Numbered from the whole stretch's first letter, positions 40,088-52,099 are shown. The stretch: 63,961 bases of DNA, filler included, from Octopus bimaculoides (GCF_001194135.2; 3 parts of 3 records of this genome joined end to end with filler, not necessarily neighbours in it); one strand, 5' to 3'. Notes: generated from the sequence alone by a model not told the origin. Made by a program: numbers and translations.

Positions 40088-41458
40088 CTTTAGATGGATA
40101 CTTGTGGGTTTTTTCAGGCCCTTATGCGTTTTAGTTTTAAGATTTGTTTATTGCTAATGGAAGAGGTAAACTAGTGGTTAACGTGGAAAGTGCACATTTA
40201 AAAAAAAATTTGTGTTCCTGTCTTTGTGTAGGTTTTGGTTGCAGATTTTCAGGAAATGTCAGAAAAGGACATTTGCTTCGTGTTACAGAGTAAGAATGTT
40301 ATTAACGGTTGTTCAGGTGACATAGGATGTGACGAGACTGTTGGTGGTAATGTTACCAATAAGTGTGTATATTATTTCATTGTCAGTTTTGTGGTTTGTG
40401 GTGAATATAAATGTTTGCTAGTTTTCTCTTTTTCTCTCATTGTATCTTATGAGAATTAGTTTATCTTGTATGTTACGAGACCACCTCCATTGTGAAAAGA
40501 TCAGCATAGTTTGATTTGCGTATAAATTGGAATCATGGGAAGTTAGTGTTTAGGTCGTATGTTTCTGAATTATTACTCTGTGGATATTGTGAGTGATAAT
40601 AAACTCTCTTAATTTCATTACACTGTTTTTAAAGAGATTAGTGTTATAATTTTAGAATGTTTAAGATTTTTAATGTCATGTTTACCATGTTTCTCTATTT
40701 GTCTGTATTTTTTTTATTGTTAAATGTATTCAGTGTCTATCTGTGAAGTTGTGAAGAGTGGTAACAACTGTGATTCTGTTGTTTTATTTCTGTCATTATT
40801 AGTTTCCCAGAATATTTGTAAATGGTGTGGTCATATTTCTTTTAGTTTTCATTTGTTTCGGTCACTGGTCAGCCGCACCGCCTTGAAAAGTTTTAGTCGA
40901 ACATATCATCCCCCCCCCCACTCCACAGATGTCTTCTTATTCTATATATCTCTTTCGCCGAACCGTTCACTTACGATTGTTAAGCAGTGATCGTGGGACA
41001 AAGATACTCATATACAACGGGCTTCTTCACAGTTTCTGTCCACCAAATTCACTCACGAGTCATTGGTCGGCGCAGAGCTATAATAGAAGACACTTGTCCA
41101 AGGTATTACTTAGTGGGACTGAAACTGAAACCACGTCGTTCCAAAGGGAACTTCTTAACCACCATGCTTTGCAGCCATGTTTTACAGATACATATAAGAT
41201 TCTTACTGTGATGTGTTTTAGAGCCGGCTTTATGCAGATTTGTTACCACTGTCGTTCTCTAACTGCGTTTACACATGTGAAAAGTATTTCTGTATGTCAA
41301 GGACATCTTTCGACCGACATTCTAGTATGTCTATCTTGTCTTTTTCCTGACACATTCGGTGTTATTTTATATTGGATACTTTTTAGACGCTAGAATAGTA
41401 TCTGACACGAGCGACCACATAGAAGCTTCTTCAGTGGACTACGAGTATGTATGTAGGT

Positions 41459-41479
<21 letters not shown>

Positions 41480-41489
<10 letters not shown>

Positions 41490-41810
41490 CACGTGCACGA
41501 AGGTGCGTGGTCAAGTTGTTAGGGTATTCAGCTAACGATCGTAATGCCGCGAGTTCGACTCCTGCCGGCGCGTTGTATCTTTGAGCAAGACATTTTATTT
41601 CACATTAATCCTGTCTACTCAGCTGGTAAAACAGAGTAGTGCTTGTATTTTAAAAGGTCAGGCTTGTTGCATCCTGTGTCACGCTGAATATCCTTGAGAA
41701 CTATGTTAGGGTTAAGCGTGTCTGTGGAGTGCACAGCACGTTAATTTCACGAGCAGTTCCATGATCGTATCAATTGGAACACTCGATGTCGTAACCGACG
41801 GAGTGTCAGA
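41480..41810 (+). mobile_element. tRNA-head SINE (third family); inverted copy at 43565-43870
   Basis: Head contains gagttcgactcc; body ttgagcaagacattttatttcac...ctcagctgg. The reverse complement is at 43565-43870. Confidence 0.75.
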
Positions 41811-43564
41811 AAGGGAGAAGAAATGTATGTATGTATGTATGTATGTATGAGCACATTCCAGCGAAATGCAAACGAGTGATCACGCATAAGAAGATCAACA
41901 CGGAAAGACAATTCTGTGGACCCTAAAGTTCCTCACCTAGTTCGTGGAGTCTGTGCTCGTATACGTATATCTTGCGCAGGCCTAGTGAACTGCCAGGGAA
42001 ACCTTACAGAAAGAACTGTTATAAACTACAACGATTTCCTAGCACCGTCTGTTAGAAAACGTGTGTAACTCGTTCAGGTTTATCTAGGTACACGAGGGTA
42101 CACAGAGAAAATAACTAGAACAATCTGGAGCAACCATGAGGTCAGAAGAATTTGTATAAAAGTCGAATCTGCGACAAGTCCTGGAAGTTGCTGGAAGGAT
42201 TTAAATGTCATTGTTGTTCTCACAACACGTAATGCTGTGATACACTTTATTTAGACATCCATGGTCGTACTCGTTTAACGAGCCGACAGCCATCATGTAT
42301 ATATGTATCTATATATATGTATGTATGTTTCCTTGCTTTATTTATTTATTTAAATAATTTTTTGATGGGGTGGCAGGTGGGGGATGTGCATGTATGGGTC
42401 AGGGAACAGGGGGTGCAAGCGCACCACCTAAAATATTTTGGGGGCGCGAAGTCAAAATTTGTATCCCTACTTACTTTTTTCCGGTTTAGCAAAGAGTAAA
42501 AAGTGATCTGTAAGAAAGTAGATTGAGGTTAGGTTTCTTCTCAAAGAATAAAGAACAAGAATAAATAAATTAAAACAGTTTGTAAAAAAGTTTGGACCTG
42601 GGTTTGCATCCCACAAGCAAATTTCCTTCCCGAGCCAGTGTCTGCTTGTGAAGAAAGAGCCGGTTTCTAGCCTTGAAAAAAGACACCGCCACTTGAATTT
42701 TAGACAACGTCAGAATTTTAGACAACGTCATGTATGTATTTATTTATGTATGTGTGCGTGTGTATGTATGCTTGTATACATATATACGCATACATATATG
42801 TGCGCTCGCACACGCACGTACACACACACACACATGCAAAACTTTTGAATATTTCACATATTTCACAGTACCTTTGATTGCTTGTAGTTGTAATCTCTTC
42901 ATTAGGCGTCATCGTTCTGATGTATGTATGTATGTTTGTATCTATGTATATACATGCATGTTGGTGGGTATATACGTCTATGGGTAACTGTGTATGTGCG
43001 CATGTATGCAAGTCTCTATATGTAACTGTACATGCTTGTATGTGTGTACGTAACCATATATCTGTGTGTGTGTGTGTGTGTGTGTATGATGTATGCAAAT
43101 GTGTATACATATGACAGTGTGCGTGTGTATGTGAGCATATACATATGTGAGCAAATGTGTGTGTGTGAGTATGCATGTATGCTACTATTGAAGTTACACC
43201 GAAAGACGATTGTTTCATATGTTTCCGATAAATGATTCACTGAAATCAAACCAATGTATTATTTATCAAGTAAGACATATTTATAATAAGTTTTGGTAAT
43301 AAAATGATAATCGATAAAATGTAGATATTCACGAGTGTATATGGCCAAACGTTGAGTAATATCAGATAAATACAGGGTGCGGCAAAGAAACTCCCCTTAG
43401 ATTCTCCAGTCTTGCTAAACGTTCCAACAACAACCACACTGTGTACCGATTCAAGCCATGTTGGTAGCTAAAAACAAACAAACAAACAAAAAAAAAAAAC
43501 AGTAAAATGTTACCAGCACGAATAATTCCTTCCCACTTGTTTAACTTCACTAGCATTACATTAT

Positions 43565-43870
43565 ACTGGCACTCCGTCGCTTACGACGATAAGGGTTCCA
43601 GTTGATCCGATCAACTGAACATCCTCCCAGTGAAATTAACGTGCAAGTGGCTAAGCACTCCACAGACCCGCTTACGCTTAATGTAGTTCTCAGGAAGATT
43701 CAGCGTGACTTGAAATATGAATTACAGGTATAACTCATTCTTGCCAGCTGAGTGGACTGGAGCAACGTGAAATAAAGTGTCTTGCTCAAGGACACAATGC
43801 ACTGGTAGGTATCAAACTCATAACCTTACGATCGTGAGTCGAATATCCTAACCACTAAACCACGCGCCTT
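43565..43870 (-). mobile_element. tRNA-head SINE, same family as 41480-41810
   Basis: Contains ccagctgagtggactggagcaacgtgaaataaagtgtcttgctcaagg. Confidence 0.75.
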
Positions 43871-44185
43871 CACTAATGGCTAAGTAAAATATGGGATATT
43901 TTTCTGTTGTACGCTGTGTATCTCCTTATGATATAGAGCTGTTCTCAATTGTTATTTGGTTATTTTAAAGCATCCTGTAGAGGCGGTGACAATTTTAATA
44001 AATCAGGAATTTATGTTGTTTGGTATTTAAAATATCCCTATATAGGTCAGAAGTTTGCTTCCCAACCACATGGTTCTGGGTTCAGTCCCACTGCATGGCA
44101 CCTTGTGCAAGTGTCTTCTACTAAAGTGTCAGGCCGAATAAACCCTTGTGAATGGATTTGGTAGAGGGAAACTGAAAGAAGATCG

Positions 44186-44233
<48 letters not shown>

Positions 44234-44353
44234 NNNNNNNNNNNNNNNNNNNNNNNNNNNNNNNNNNNNNNNNNNNNNNNNNNNNNNNNNNNNNNNNNNN
44301 NNNNNNNNNNNNNNNNNNNNNNNNNATATATATATATATATATATACATATAT

Positions 44354-44753
44354 ATATGTAACATATGGTATAATTATAAACAGGGCAAATTATAACCATT
44401 TCTCTGCAGACTGAAAAAAAAAAAATGATGAACAGCCTTAATCAATTTTTGAACCTTATTGAGTTCTCATCAGAGGCGTCCACATCATTCTGACAGTCTC
44501 CAGAGAAACAATCACCCAAACTGTTTATATATTCAATAAATGCATCAGTTACTCTATGAAGGAGTCCCAAAGTTGGGTAACGAAAGTGTACAGCGGCTTG
44601 TCAACAGGGATCTTAATCCACCACAGTATCAAGGTATAATATAATAAATATGTACCATATGGTATAATTATAAACAGGGCAAATTATAGGTATTTCTATG
44701 CAGGCTGAAAAAATGATGAGCAACCTTAATCGATTTTCGAACCTTATTGTGTT
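44354..44753 (-). mobile_element. ~290-nt partial tandem repeat carrying hammerhead ribozymes (retrozyme-like or PLE pseudo-LTR)
   Basis: A ~100-bp direct repeat starts at 44362 and 44656. Full hammerhead fold at 44430-44481; half hammerhead at 44718-44753. Confidence 0.65.
44430..44481 (-). ncRNA. Minimal type I hammerhead ribozyme (G12A in this copy)
   Basis: GGACGCCT-CTGATGA-GAAC(tcaataag)GTTC-AAAA-ATTGAT-TA/AGGCTGTTC. Stem I has 8 bp with one bulge; stem II has 4 bp. Confidence 0.75.
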
Positions 44754-44766
44754 GGAATTCTTTTGA

Positions 44767-45017
44767 TATTATTTATTTTTCATTACACGTGTTTCATTTA
44801 CTAATAGGAATCACAACGTTTTACATGTTAGATACACATGTAAACAATTTCCTATTAGAAACTCTTCAGATAAAGAATAATTATAATACAATAATTATTA
44901 TAATTATTCTTTATCTGAAGCGTTTCTAATAGGAAATTCTTTACATGTGTATCTAACATGTAAATCGTTGTGATTCTTATTAGCAAATGAAACATGTGTA
45001 ATGGAGAATAAATAATA
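44767..45017. repeat. 251-bp foldback palindrome (MITE-like)
   Basis: Arms of ~122 bp around the loop caataat at 44890-44896, with few mismatches. Confidence 0.92.
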
Positions 45018-45197
45018 CCAAAATATTTCCATTTTCCAATTTTATTATAAAATAAGTCTGCAGATAGCTACTCCATAATTCTCTATTTATATATGAATTT
45101 TGACTCACACATAGCACCAACAATGGATACATATTGATTGTAACATTGGAATAAGCAGATGTACTGTAAGAGGAAACAGCTGGGATTTACCCTAACT

Positions 45198-45268
<71 letters not shown>

Positions 45269-45960
45269 NNNNNNNNNNNNNNNNNNNNNNNNNNNNNNNN
45301 NNNNNNNNNNNNNNNNNNNNNNNNNNNNNNNNNNNNNNNNNNNNNNNNNNNNNNNNNNNNNNNNNNNNNNNNNNNNNNNNNNNNNNNNNNNNNNNNNNNN
45401 NNNNNNNNNNNNNNNNNNNNNNNNNNNNNNNNNNNNNNNNNNNNNNNNNNNNNNNNNNNNNNNNNNNNNNNNNNNNNNNNNNNNNNNNNNNNNNNNATAT
45501 ATATATATATATATATATATATATACGCATACACCACTAGGCTGCTAGAGATAGGACAACTTTCGTGATGATGACGCTTATTGAGACATAAACATGTGCC
45601 CCTCTGGTTGTTGTCGTATCTCCTGGCAATATAGCTGTCCTTTTCCTGAATGGTATGTCAACTTTGAAGAATTATTGGTTCTTGAAGAATTATATGGAAC
45701 CTGTTCACAGTTGCCATTTTACAATTGTAATATATTCTGTAGAGGCGGCGATATTTTTAATAAACCAGGAATTTATGTTGTCTGGTATTTGATATGTCTG
45801 TATTCATCTGTTGTTCATATACATGCCATTGGCCACAGTGTCATTTCTCTTAGTTCCTTTTGATTAAATTATATAAATTACCTAGGTCATAAATGCACTT
45901 CTGCTCTTTTTTACGTGTGTACCTATGTCCCTTGGTTACCGGTGATAGGCTAGGAGAAAT

Positions 45961-45999
45961 GTCGTTCTGATGATTCATTCAGAAACACGTGTCCATGAC
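45961..45999 (+). ncRNA. Minimal hammerhead-like motif with weak stem II
   Basis: GTCGTt-CTGATGA-ttcattca-GAAA-CACGTG-TC/cATGAC. Confidence 0.5.
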
Positions 46000-46554
46000 T
46001 GTCCTCTTATCTTCCAACTTTAAGTCTGTTTTTCCTTAATACTATGTCAACTTTTGGCGAATACTTGATTTTTGAGATTATCTCCTCTTAATAAACGGAG
46101 CTTTTCTCCATTACCATTTGGTAATCGTACACATACCAATTTTAGTAAATCAAGAATGATATTTGATATAACCTGTATTCATCTCTCCCTCCCTCTCTCT
46201 TTTCCCCCTCCCGCTCCCCCTCTCTCTCCCACCTCCCGCTCCCTCTCTCTCTTCCCCCTTCCGCTCCCTCTCTCTATATATATTTATAGGGTGTGGTTTA
46301 AATTTCTATATCGTAGGAAATTTATACATGAACACTCACTCACGTATATAGGGTGTTGTTCAAAATTCTATATCACAAAAAATTATATGTACGTGTATAT
46401 ACATATGACGATAAAGTCCAACCTGTAGCAAGGCCTTTGATCGGGAGATTGGTTATTTTGGGAATTGTGGAACCATTTCTTAATTGCTGTTGTTCCCAGG
46501 TTCACCTTGACCTGGGGTGATAGCTCTGGTTAAAATCGCAGCTATGAGCAAATA

Positions 46555-46700
46555 GTGAATCCGGCGGATGAAGGCCACGCATCGTCACCTCAACGTCCCC
46601 AGTCGGCTCGGCTAGAAGAAGGGAAACCCTGACTTAAAATCCTCCTGCCAGTCAGTCTGGCTGAGGAAGGAGAGGCCTCAAGGTTGGAACCTACGACTTG
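46555..46700 (+). mobile_element. Ingi/Vingi-like LINE 5' signature
   Basis: cacctcaacgt...ctagaagaagggaaaccctgacttaaaatcctcc resembles the conserved Ingi-clade 5' end (comparison from memory). Confidence 0.45.
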
Positions 46701-46999
46701 AAAGGTGAAATCCAAAAGTAGGGATTCTCGGCAGATCGATGCAACTCCTCGCCGAATCAGCATGTCACACCATATGTACCGCAAAAGAAGGACCTGCAGC
46801 CATAGTGTATGGGTTTCAGTCCGGCAAGCTGTCGTCCAACTTAAACAAATTCACACCAACGGCTCATTCCATTGCTCATTTCCTTCTTTTACTTCTTTCT
46901 TACTCCCTAAATTTTACAAAAGTCCAAAGGTGATGAGATAAGGATGTCGGAAGCTGGCTGTTGTTGTTGAGTGTGTGTGTGTGTGTGTGTGTGTGTGTA

Positions 47000-47340
47000 T
47001 TATGGTTGGGCTGGGATATTTGAAGAAAGATTCTTGTGTTCATTTTTTTCCGTATGCTGCACTCCTTCGAAATCTCTAGATCAGTTGACATTCCTTTGTT
47101 AGAACAACGTGAAATATGTAATGCTCCATTACATTTAATGTGTGAAATTTTATGTAGATTAAACATTACACCGAAGTTGGAGCGGGAAACTAGTTCAGTT
47201 GAATGGCCATTTAGACCTCTGGATCTGACGTCCCTCGAGTTTTAGCTTTCTTGGAGTTATGGGTAATTTGAAGCCAGTTGTGTGCAAGAATTGACCCAGA
47301 CCTATCGCTGCAATTAATCAGGCAGTCACATCCATTTAAG
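47000..47340 (+). mobile_element. Tc1/mariner-superfamily transposase C-terminal remnant
   Basis: VEWPFRPLDLTSLEF resembles the WPPRSPDLTPLDF motif. Confidence 0.6.
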
Positions 47341-47744
47341 TTTATAGGTACTGAAGATGATATCAAAGTTAAAGTTTTCCACAGAAGTGAAAATACTTAG
47401 ATGTTGAAGGCCACCGATTTGGATGGTCATTGTAATTTCAGTGATTTAGATAAATTAAATTTTCTAGAACTTTGGTTCATCCTATCTAAATCTCAAACCA
47501 TGGCTGTTTCCGAAGATTGTGTTATTCCGAAAGACTGACTTGAAAGAATTGATGGAAGTGCTTCACCAGAAGTGACGCTGGTTGCTTACTGTACTTCATG
47601 ACGTATAAAACGCACTTTTATACCCCATACTAAAATATGAAGAGTCATTCGATTCTTATAATGCAAAGTGGAGCCTGCCAAAGCTTTAATGTACTTGTAG
47701 AAGGAATATTCAAACAATCAGTCGATGTTGTGATTCACTAGAAT

Positions 47745-47860
47745 ATTGCCCACGTGATCAGCAAAATCTGACCAATCACGACTAAACGTGGAAAAAGCTT
47801 TAGTGACGACTTCATCTTTTGGCGTACTTCCTTCTGAGCCTATCAGTGAGTATAAATTTG
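47745..47860 (+). promoter_or_regulatory. Candidate Pol II promoter (CACGTG, CCAAT, ACGTGG, TGACG, TATA)
   Basis: CACGTG 47751, gaCCAATca 47772, ACGTGG 47786, TATAAAT 47851, followed by (GA)n and unique sequence. Confidence 0.35.
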
Positions 47861-47876
47861 ATGCACTGTGACTACT

Positions 47877-47909
<33 letters not shown>

Positions 47910-48900
47910 ACTTTGGGATGCAACAGAGAGAGAGCATTGACAGATACTGTAGGAGATGGGCAACAAAGACGACGAATAGCAGCTAACAACACAAAGGCAC
48001 TGAATAATCGGAGGGCGAACGATATTAGAAGTCTGTAGCCGACAACCAACTAACAACACTTTATCTGCTGCTACAACTACACCAAGAAAAATAATATTCT
48101 GAACTCTCTCGACGTTTTGTCGTTTTTAGTAACGACAACATTCGCTTTTTGTGTACGAAAATACTAAAATTTTGCCTATCAAAAATCTCAACAGACTCCA
48201 ATGTTCTTCTTCGTACACATTCAAAACATTTTTGCCCTGACAAATCGCTACTAAAATTGGAGTCCTGAAATTGGGGTAATTTGATTCGACACGAAAATTT
48301 TAATATTTAACTTTTGATTCCACATTGACATGATATTTTGTGTACGAGCCTCAATGTTCGTTCTCTTCATAATCACGAAGTGCCTGGCTGTATTCAACTA
48401 CATAGCACATTGAATAAGTGACTTCTACTTTGAATCGATCTAAAAGTCTCGGGGTTGAATTTGGACAAGGCGACAAATGAACTATATCAAAAATTCGAAA
48501 AATTAGTGTTTTCATACAACCGTGTCACGCTGATTATGTATAAAAATTACATTAAGGGCACAACACCTGCTGCATACTCAACCACTTGCAGTATATAATT
48601 CAATGTGTACACATGTAACTTTATCTTTTACGTATTTCAATCAATGGATTGCGGCCGTGCTGGGACACCGCCTTGAAAGATTTTGTTGAACCAACCGACT
48701 CTAGTATATAAGTTCTTTTTCTTTTTAAATCTTGTTCTCGTTCTATCGGTCTTTTTGCTGAACCGCTAAATTTCGAGGACGTAAACACACTAATACCCAT
48801 TATTAAGCGGTGGTGAGAGAAAAATGTAAAGGCGCGCACGCACGCACACATGCACGTGCGCTCGCGCATGTACACATACACATACACATATAAAGCTATA

Positions 48901-49147
48901 ATATTTAAAAGGATTTATTTAAATAACTGTTGTAGATATGCTTCCATAATAAATAGCTATGAAATAAATCTTACATTTTATCGTTAATTGAAATCTATTA
49001 CACGTGTGATGACGAACAATATATTTTTCTTCATTTTAAACACTTATTTAGATTTTACTTGCAGATGAAATGATAGATATTTATTTTATAAATAGCTATG
49101 ATAGCAACACATCTACAATAGTTATTTAAATAAATCCTTTTAAATAT
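48901..49147. mobile_element. AT-rich MITE with ~38-bp TIRs
   Basis: atatttaaaaggatttatttaaataactgttgtagat / atctacaatagttatttaaataaatccttttaaatat. Confidence 0.75.
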
Positions 49148-49640
49148 CATATAATAATATTACGCCATGAATTTTTTACGATGTGAATTGGTTAACGATT
49201 AAGTAAAAAAGCTTTTTCGTAATTCGTATATTGTTTCAGTACTGAATTTCTAAATTACGCTTAGCATACGTGCAAGAACGAAATTTGCTCGGGAGGTGCA
49301 AACTCACTTCGAATCAGGATGTTCATAGCGTTTTCATTGCGCCTTTTTGCCCACCGCCAAAAAATTTTGTTGGAGAGGGTCCTTGCACGCCTTGCATCCA
49401 AGTCTATGACGGCTAATTGTTTGTGTATTTAAACACTTTGATACATCTTCAATTGGAGAATTGAACTATATATAAATTTATATGTATATACTATAGGCTT
49501 CCACACAGTTTCCGTCTCCCGAATTCACTCACAAAGCATTGTGAGATTGGACCCAAAACCATGTGGTTGCAAAGCGAGCTACTTAGCCACACAACCATGC
49601 TTGTATGCATGTAGATATTCAACATATTACACCGGTATAA

Positions 49641-49850
49641 TGTCGCGAGCTGGCAGAATCGTTACCACGCCGGGCAAAATGCTTTGCGGCATTTCGTCCG
49701 TCTTTACATTCTGGGTTCAAATTCCACCAAGGTCGACATTACCTTTCATCATTTCGGGGTCGATAAAACAAATACGACTCGTTGAGCACTGGAATCAATG
49801 TAATCGACTTAACTCCTGTCCCGAAATTGCTGGTTTTGTACCAAAATTTT
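49641..49850 (+). mobile_element. tRNA-head SINE (Nin-like central domain)
   Basis: gagctggcagaatcgtta (A box), gggttcaaattcc (B box), cctttcatcatttcggggtcgataaa. Confidence 0.8.
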
Positions 49851-50772
49851 AAATCAGTGTATTACATCGATATTTTTATACATTTCAAGCGTAATAATAC
49901 AGTCTGGTCGGCGTGAACAAATGCGAATTAATTTCTCTTGAAATTTTCCTCTTTGTTTTAATTCTCTGCAATGAAGGTCATAAGACCGATACGTCTGACA
50001 TTTCTTCCTGCCTTTCAGCATCAGACAATTTCTTATCGTGGTATTTGTGTGTGTGTTTTCTTTACATGTTCTAATATATTATTTTCCATCTTAACATGAA
50101 CAGGTATGCTTGATTCAATGTATGCCCGATTGAATTACTATTTACCATTTTCTTAGAATAACACTTTGGAAAGCATTAGATTTATAATATAATTTAACAA
50201 CTGTTTTGGAAATTATTCCATTTTCCTTTTTTCTCCTTTGATATCAGCCATTTTTGGCGTGTTTCCCATGAAAGCGAGCGGAGTACCCTTACATACGTGA
50301 ACTCTTGTGTTGTTTCAGGACGACTGTCTCTGTATACCACATGCCACAGACTTGATTTAAGATGAAGACGGTTACTTAAATATTTTTACGATCCACGTTT
50401 TCTAGTTCTTTCGTAACAAATTCCTGGAAGATGTTGGAAACAGTAGGTAGAAACATGCGTACTTACGTACTTGAAACCCACGCGTATAGAGCTTAACTCG
50501 TCTGGTTACCATCGCCACACTTTGTATAACTACATAATGTCTCTATACTTTCCACTATTTTTGAGTCTACAATCATTACTGTTATCTTCCATAGAACCTT
50601 CCTTCCGATCATGTCGAAGGCAGGTTTAACGTCAACGGAGTTTAAGTGCATTTGATGTTCCTTGACTTTTTCAAGTATCTGACTGTAAAAAAATGGCTTC
50701 GACTGTAGCTGAACTAGGTCTAAAACTAAATTGAGTCTTGTCGTTTCTTTGGTTTATTATTCATTTTGTCAA

Positions 50773-50975
50773 AGGCGGCGAGCTGGCAGAATCGTTAGCA
50801 CGCCGGTCGAAATGCTTTAGCGGTATTTCTCTGCCGCTACGTTCTGAGTTCAAATTCCGCCGAGATCGACTTTGCCTTTCATCCTTTCGGGGTCGATAAA
50901 TTAAGTATCAGTTGAGTACTGGGGTCGATGTCATAGACTATCCCCTCTCCCAAATTTCAGGCCTTGTGAATATAG
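50773..50975 (+). mobile_element. tRNA-head SINE (Nin-like central domain), young copy
   Basis: ggcggcgagctggcagaatcgttagc...gagttcaaattccgcc...gactttgcctttcatcctttcggggtcgataaattaagta. CpGs are intact. Confidence 0.88.
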
Positions 50976-52099
50976 AAGAAAGGATTATTCATCCTGTTGT
51001 TACGATCAGACAAATTAATAATGTAAGAAAAAGGGGTAAACTTCTGATCGTAACAACAAAGTGTTCAAACAGGGAAGTAAATGTTCATATATGGAGATTA
51101 TGTCCAGTCTCAATGGGTTTCAAGGTAGGTGGTGAATGGTCCGACCCGTATGCAGCTCCGTCTCCAGGAGGAGACGGAGCTGTCTTCCCCTCTCCCCTTA
51201 TTAACAGGAAGTACGAGATTACCTGCCTTGCTCGTTAACAGGAAGTGAACGTGGTTATCTGTCTGGTACTATGCTAACTTCTTGTATATATATTTGGTTA
51301 TCCATACCAACGTTATTGCATTTCTGCCAAACGGTCGTTGACAAACGTTTATCTCGCCACCTTCGGAAAATATAGGGTAAGTTCTTACCCTTCATTATAT
51401 TATAGGTATACGTAACACTGTCAAAGAGGATTCTAATGAAAACTTAATAAGAGAGAAATTATTCAGTAGTTTTCAAATTTTTGTCTATCACCCCTTCTTA
51501 TATGTTGAAATTACTAGCATGCAAGTCACTTCCTTTGGAGTCTTTTCTGTTTTCCATATGTTAAATATTACACGTAATATATTAACCATATGCTCTACTG
51601 TTTTTAGTAATTCAACAACGAGGGTATTAATATCAATGAGCTATACGTGTTTTATTCATTTTATTGCATTTTTCTATTTCTTTTATTTTTGAATGAAAGG
51701 GTGGTGGATCGGCAGACTCATTACAACGTTGGACAAAATGCCTTGCGGTATTTGCTTCGGATCTTAATGATCTGTGTTCAAAAACTACCGAAGTAAACTC
51801 GATAAAATAACGCACCACTCAGATAGAGGGGTTGATTTAATTGACCAATCCCACACTCTCAAAATTGCTGGTCTTGTGCCTAACATAGAAGCAATTGTTT
51901 CTGAATGAGCATACATCTCGGATGGACCATCCGGTATTTCTAATATTATTTCTGAATTATATAAGAATTTAGTGTTAAGACGTTCACTATGATGTTTCCA
52001 GCATTAAAGTACCTCGGCTGTATTTGTATGTATGTTACAATCGTTATCTTTGATTTTACGGTAGATTTTTATTGCTCTAACCTTCCGCCATTTCACAGA

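Noticed and set aside
41290-41440. Two further fragmentary hammerhead-like motifs on the minus strand
   Set aside because: One lacks GAAA and the other lacks the core; too decayed to call.
44550-44600. Possible plus-strand hammerhead within the retrozyme-like unit (ctatgaagg...cccaaagttggg...gaaagtgtaca), which would make it ambisense
   Set aside because: The core lacks G5, spacing to stem II is wrong, and there is no U16.1 or stem I. Recheck on a family consensus.
50773-50850. tRNA-like sequence
   Set aside because: It is the head of a SINE. There is no full cloverleaf, and it continues into the SINE body. No true tRNA, rRNA or CRISPR array was found in the window.
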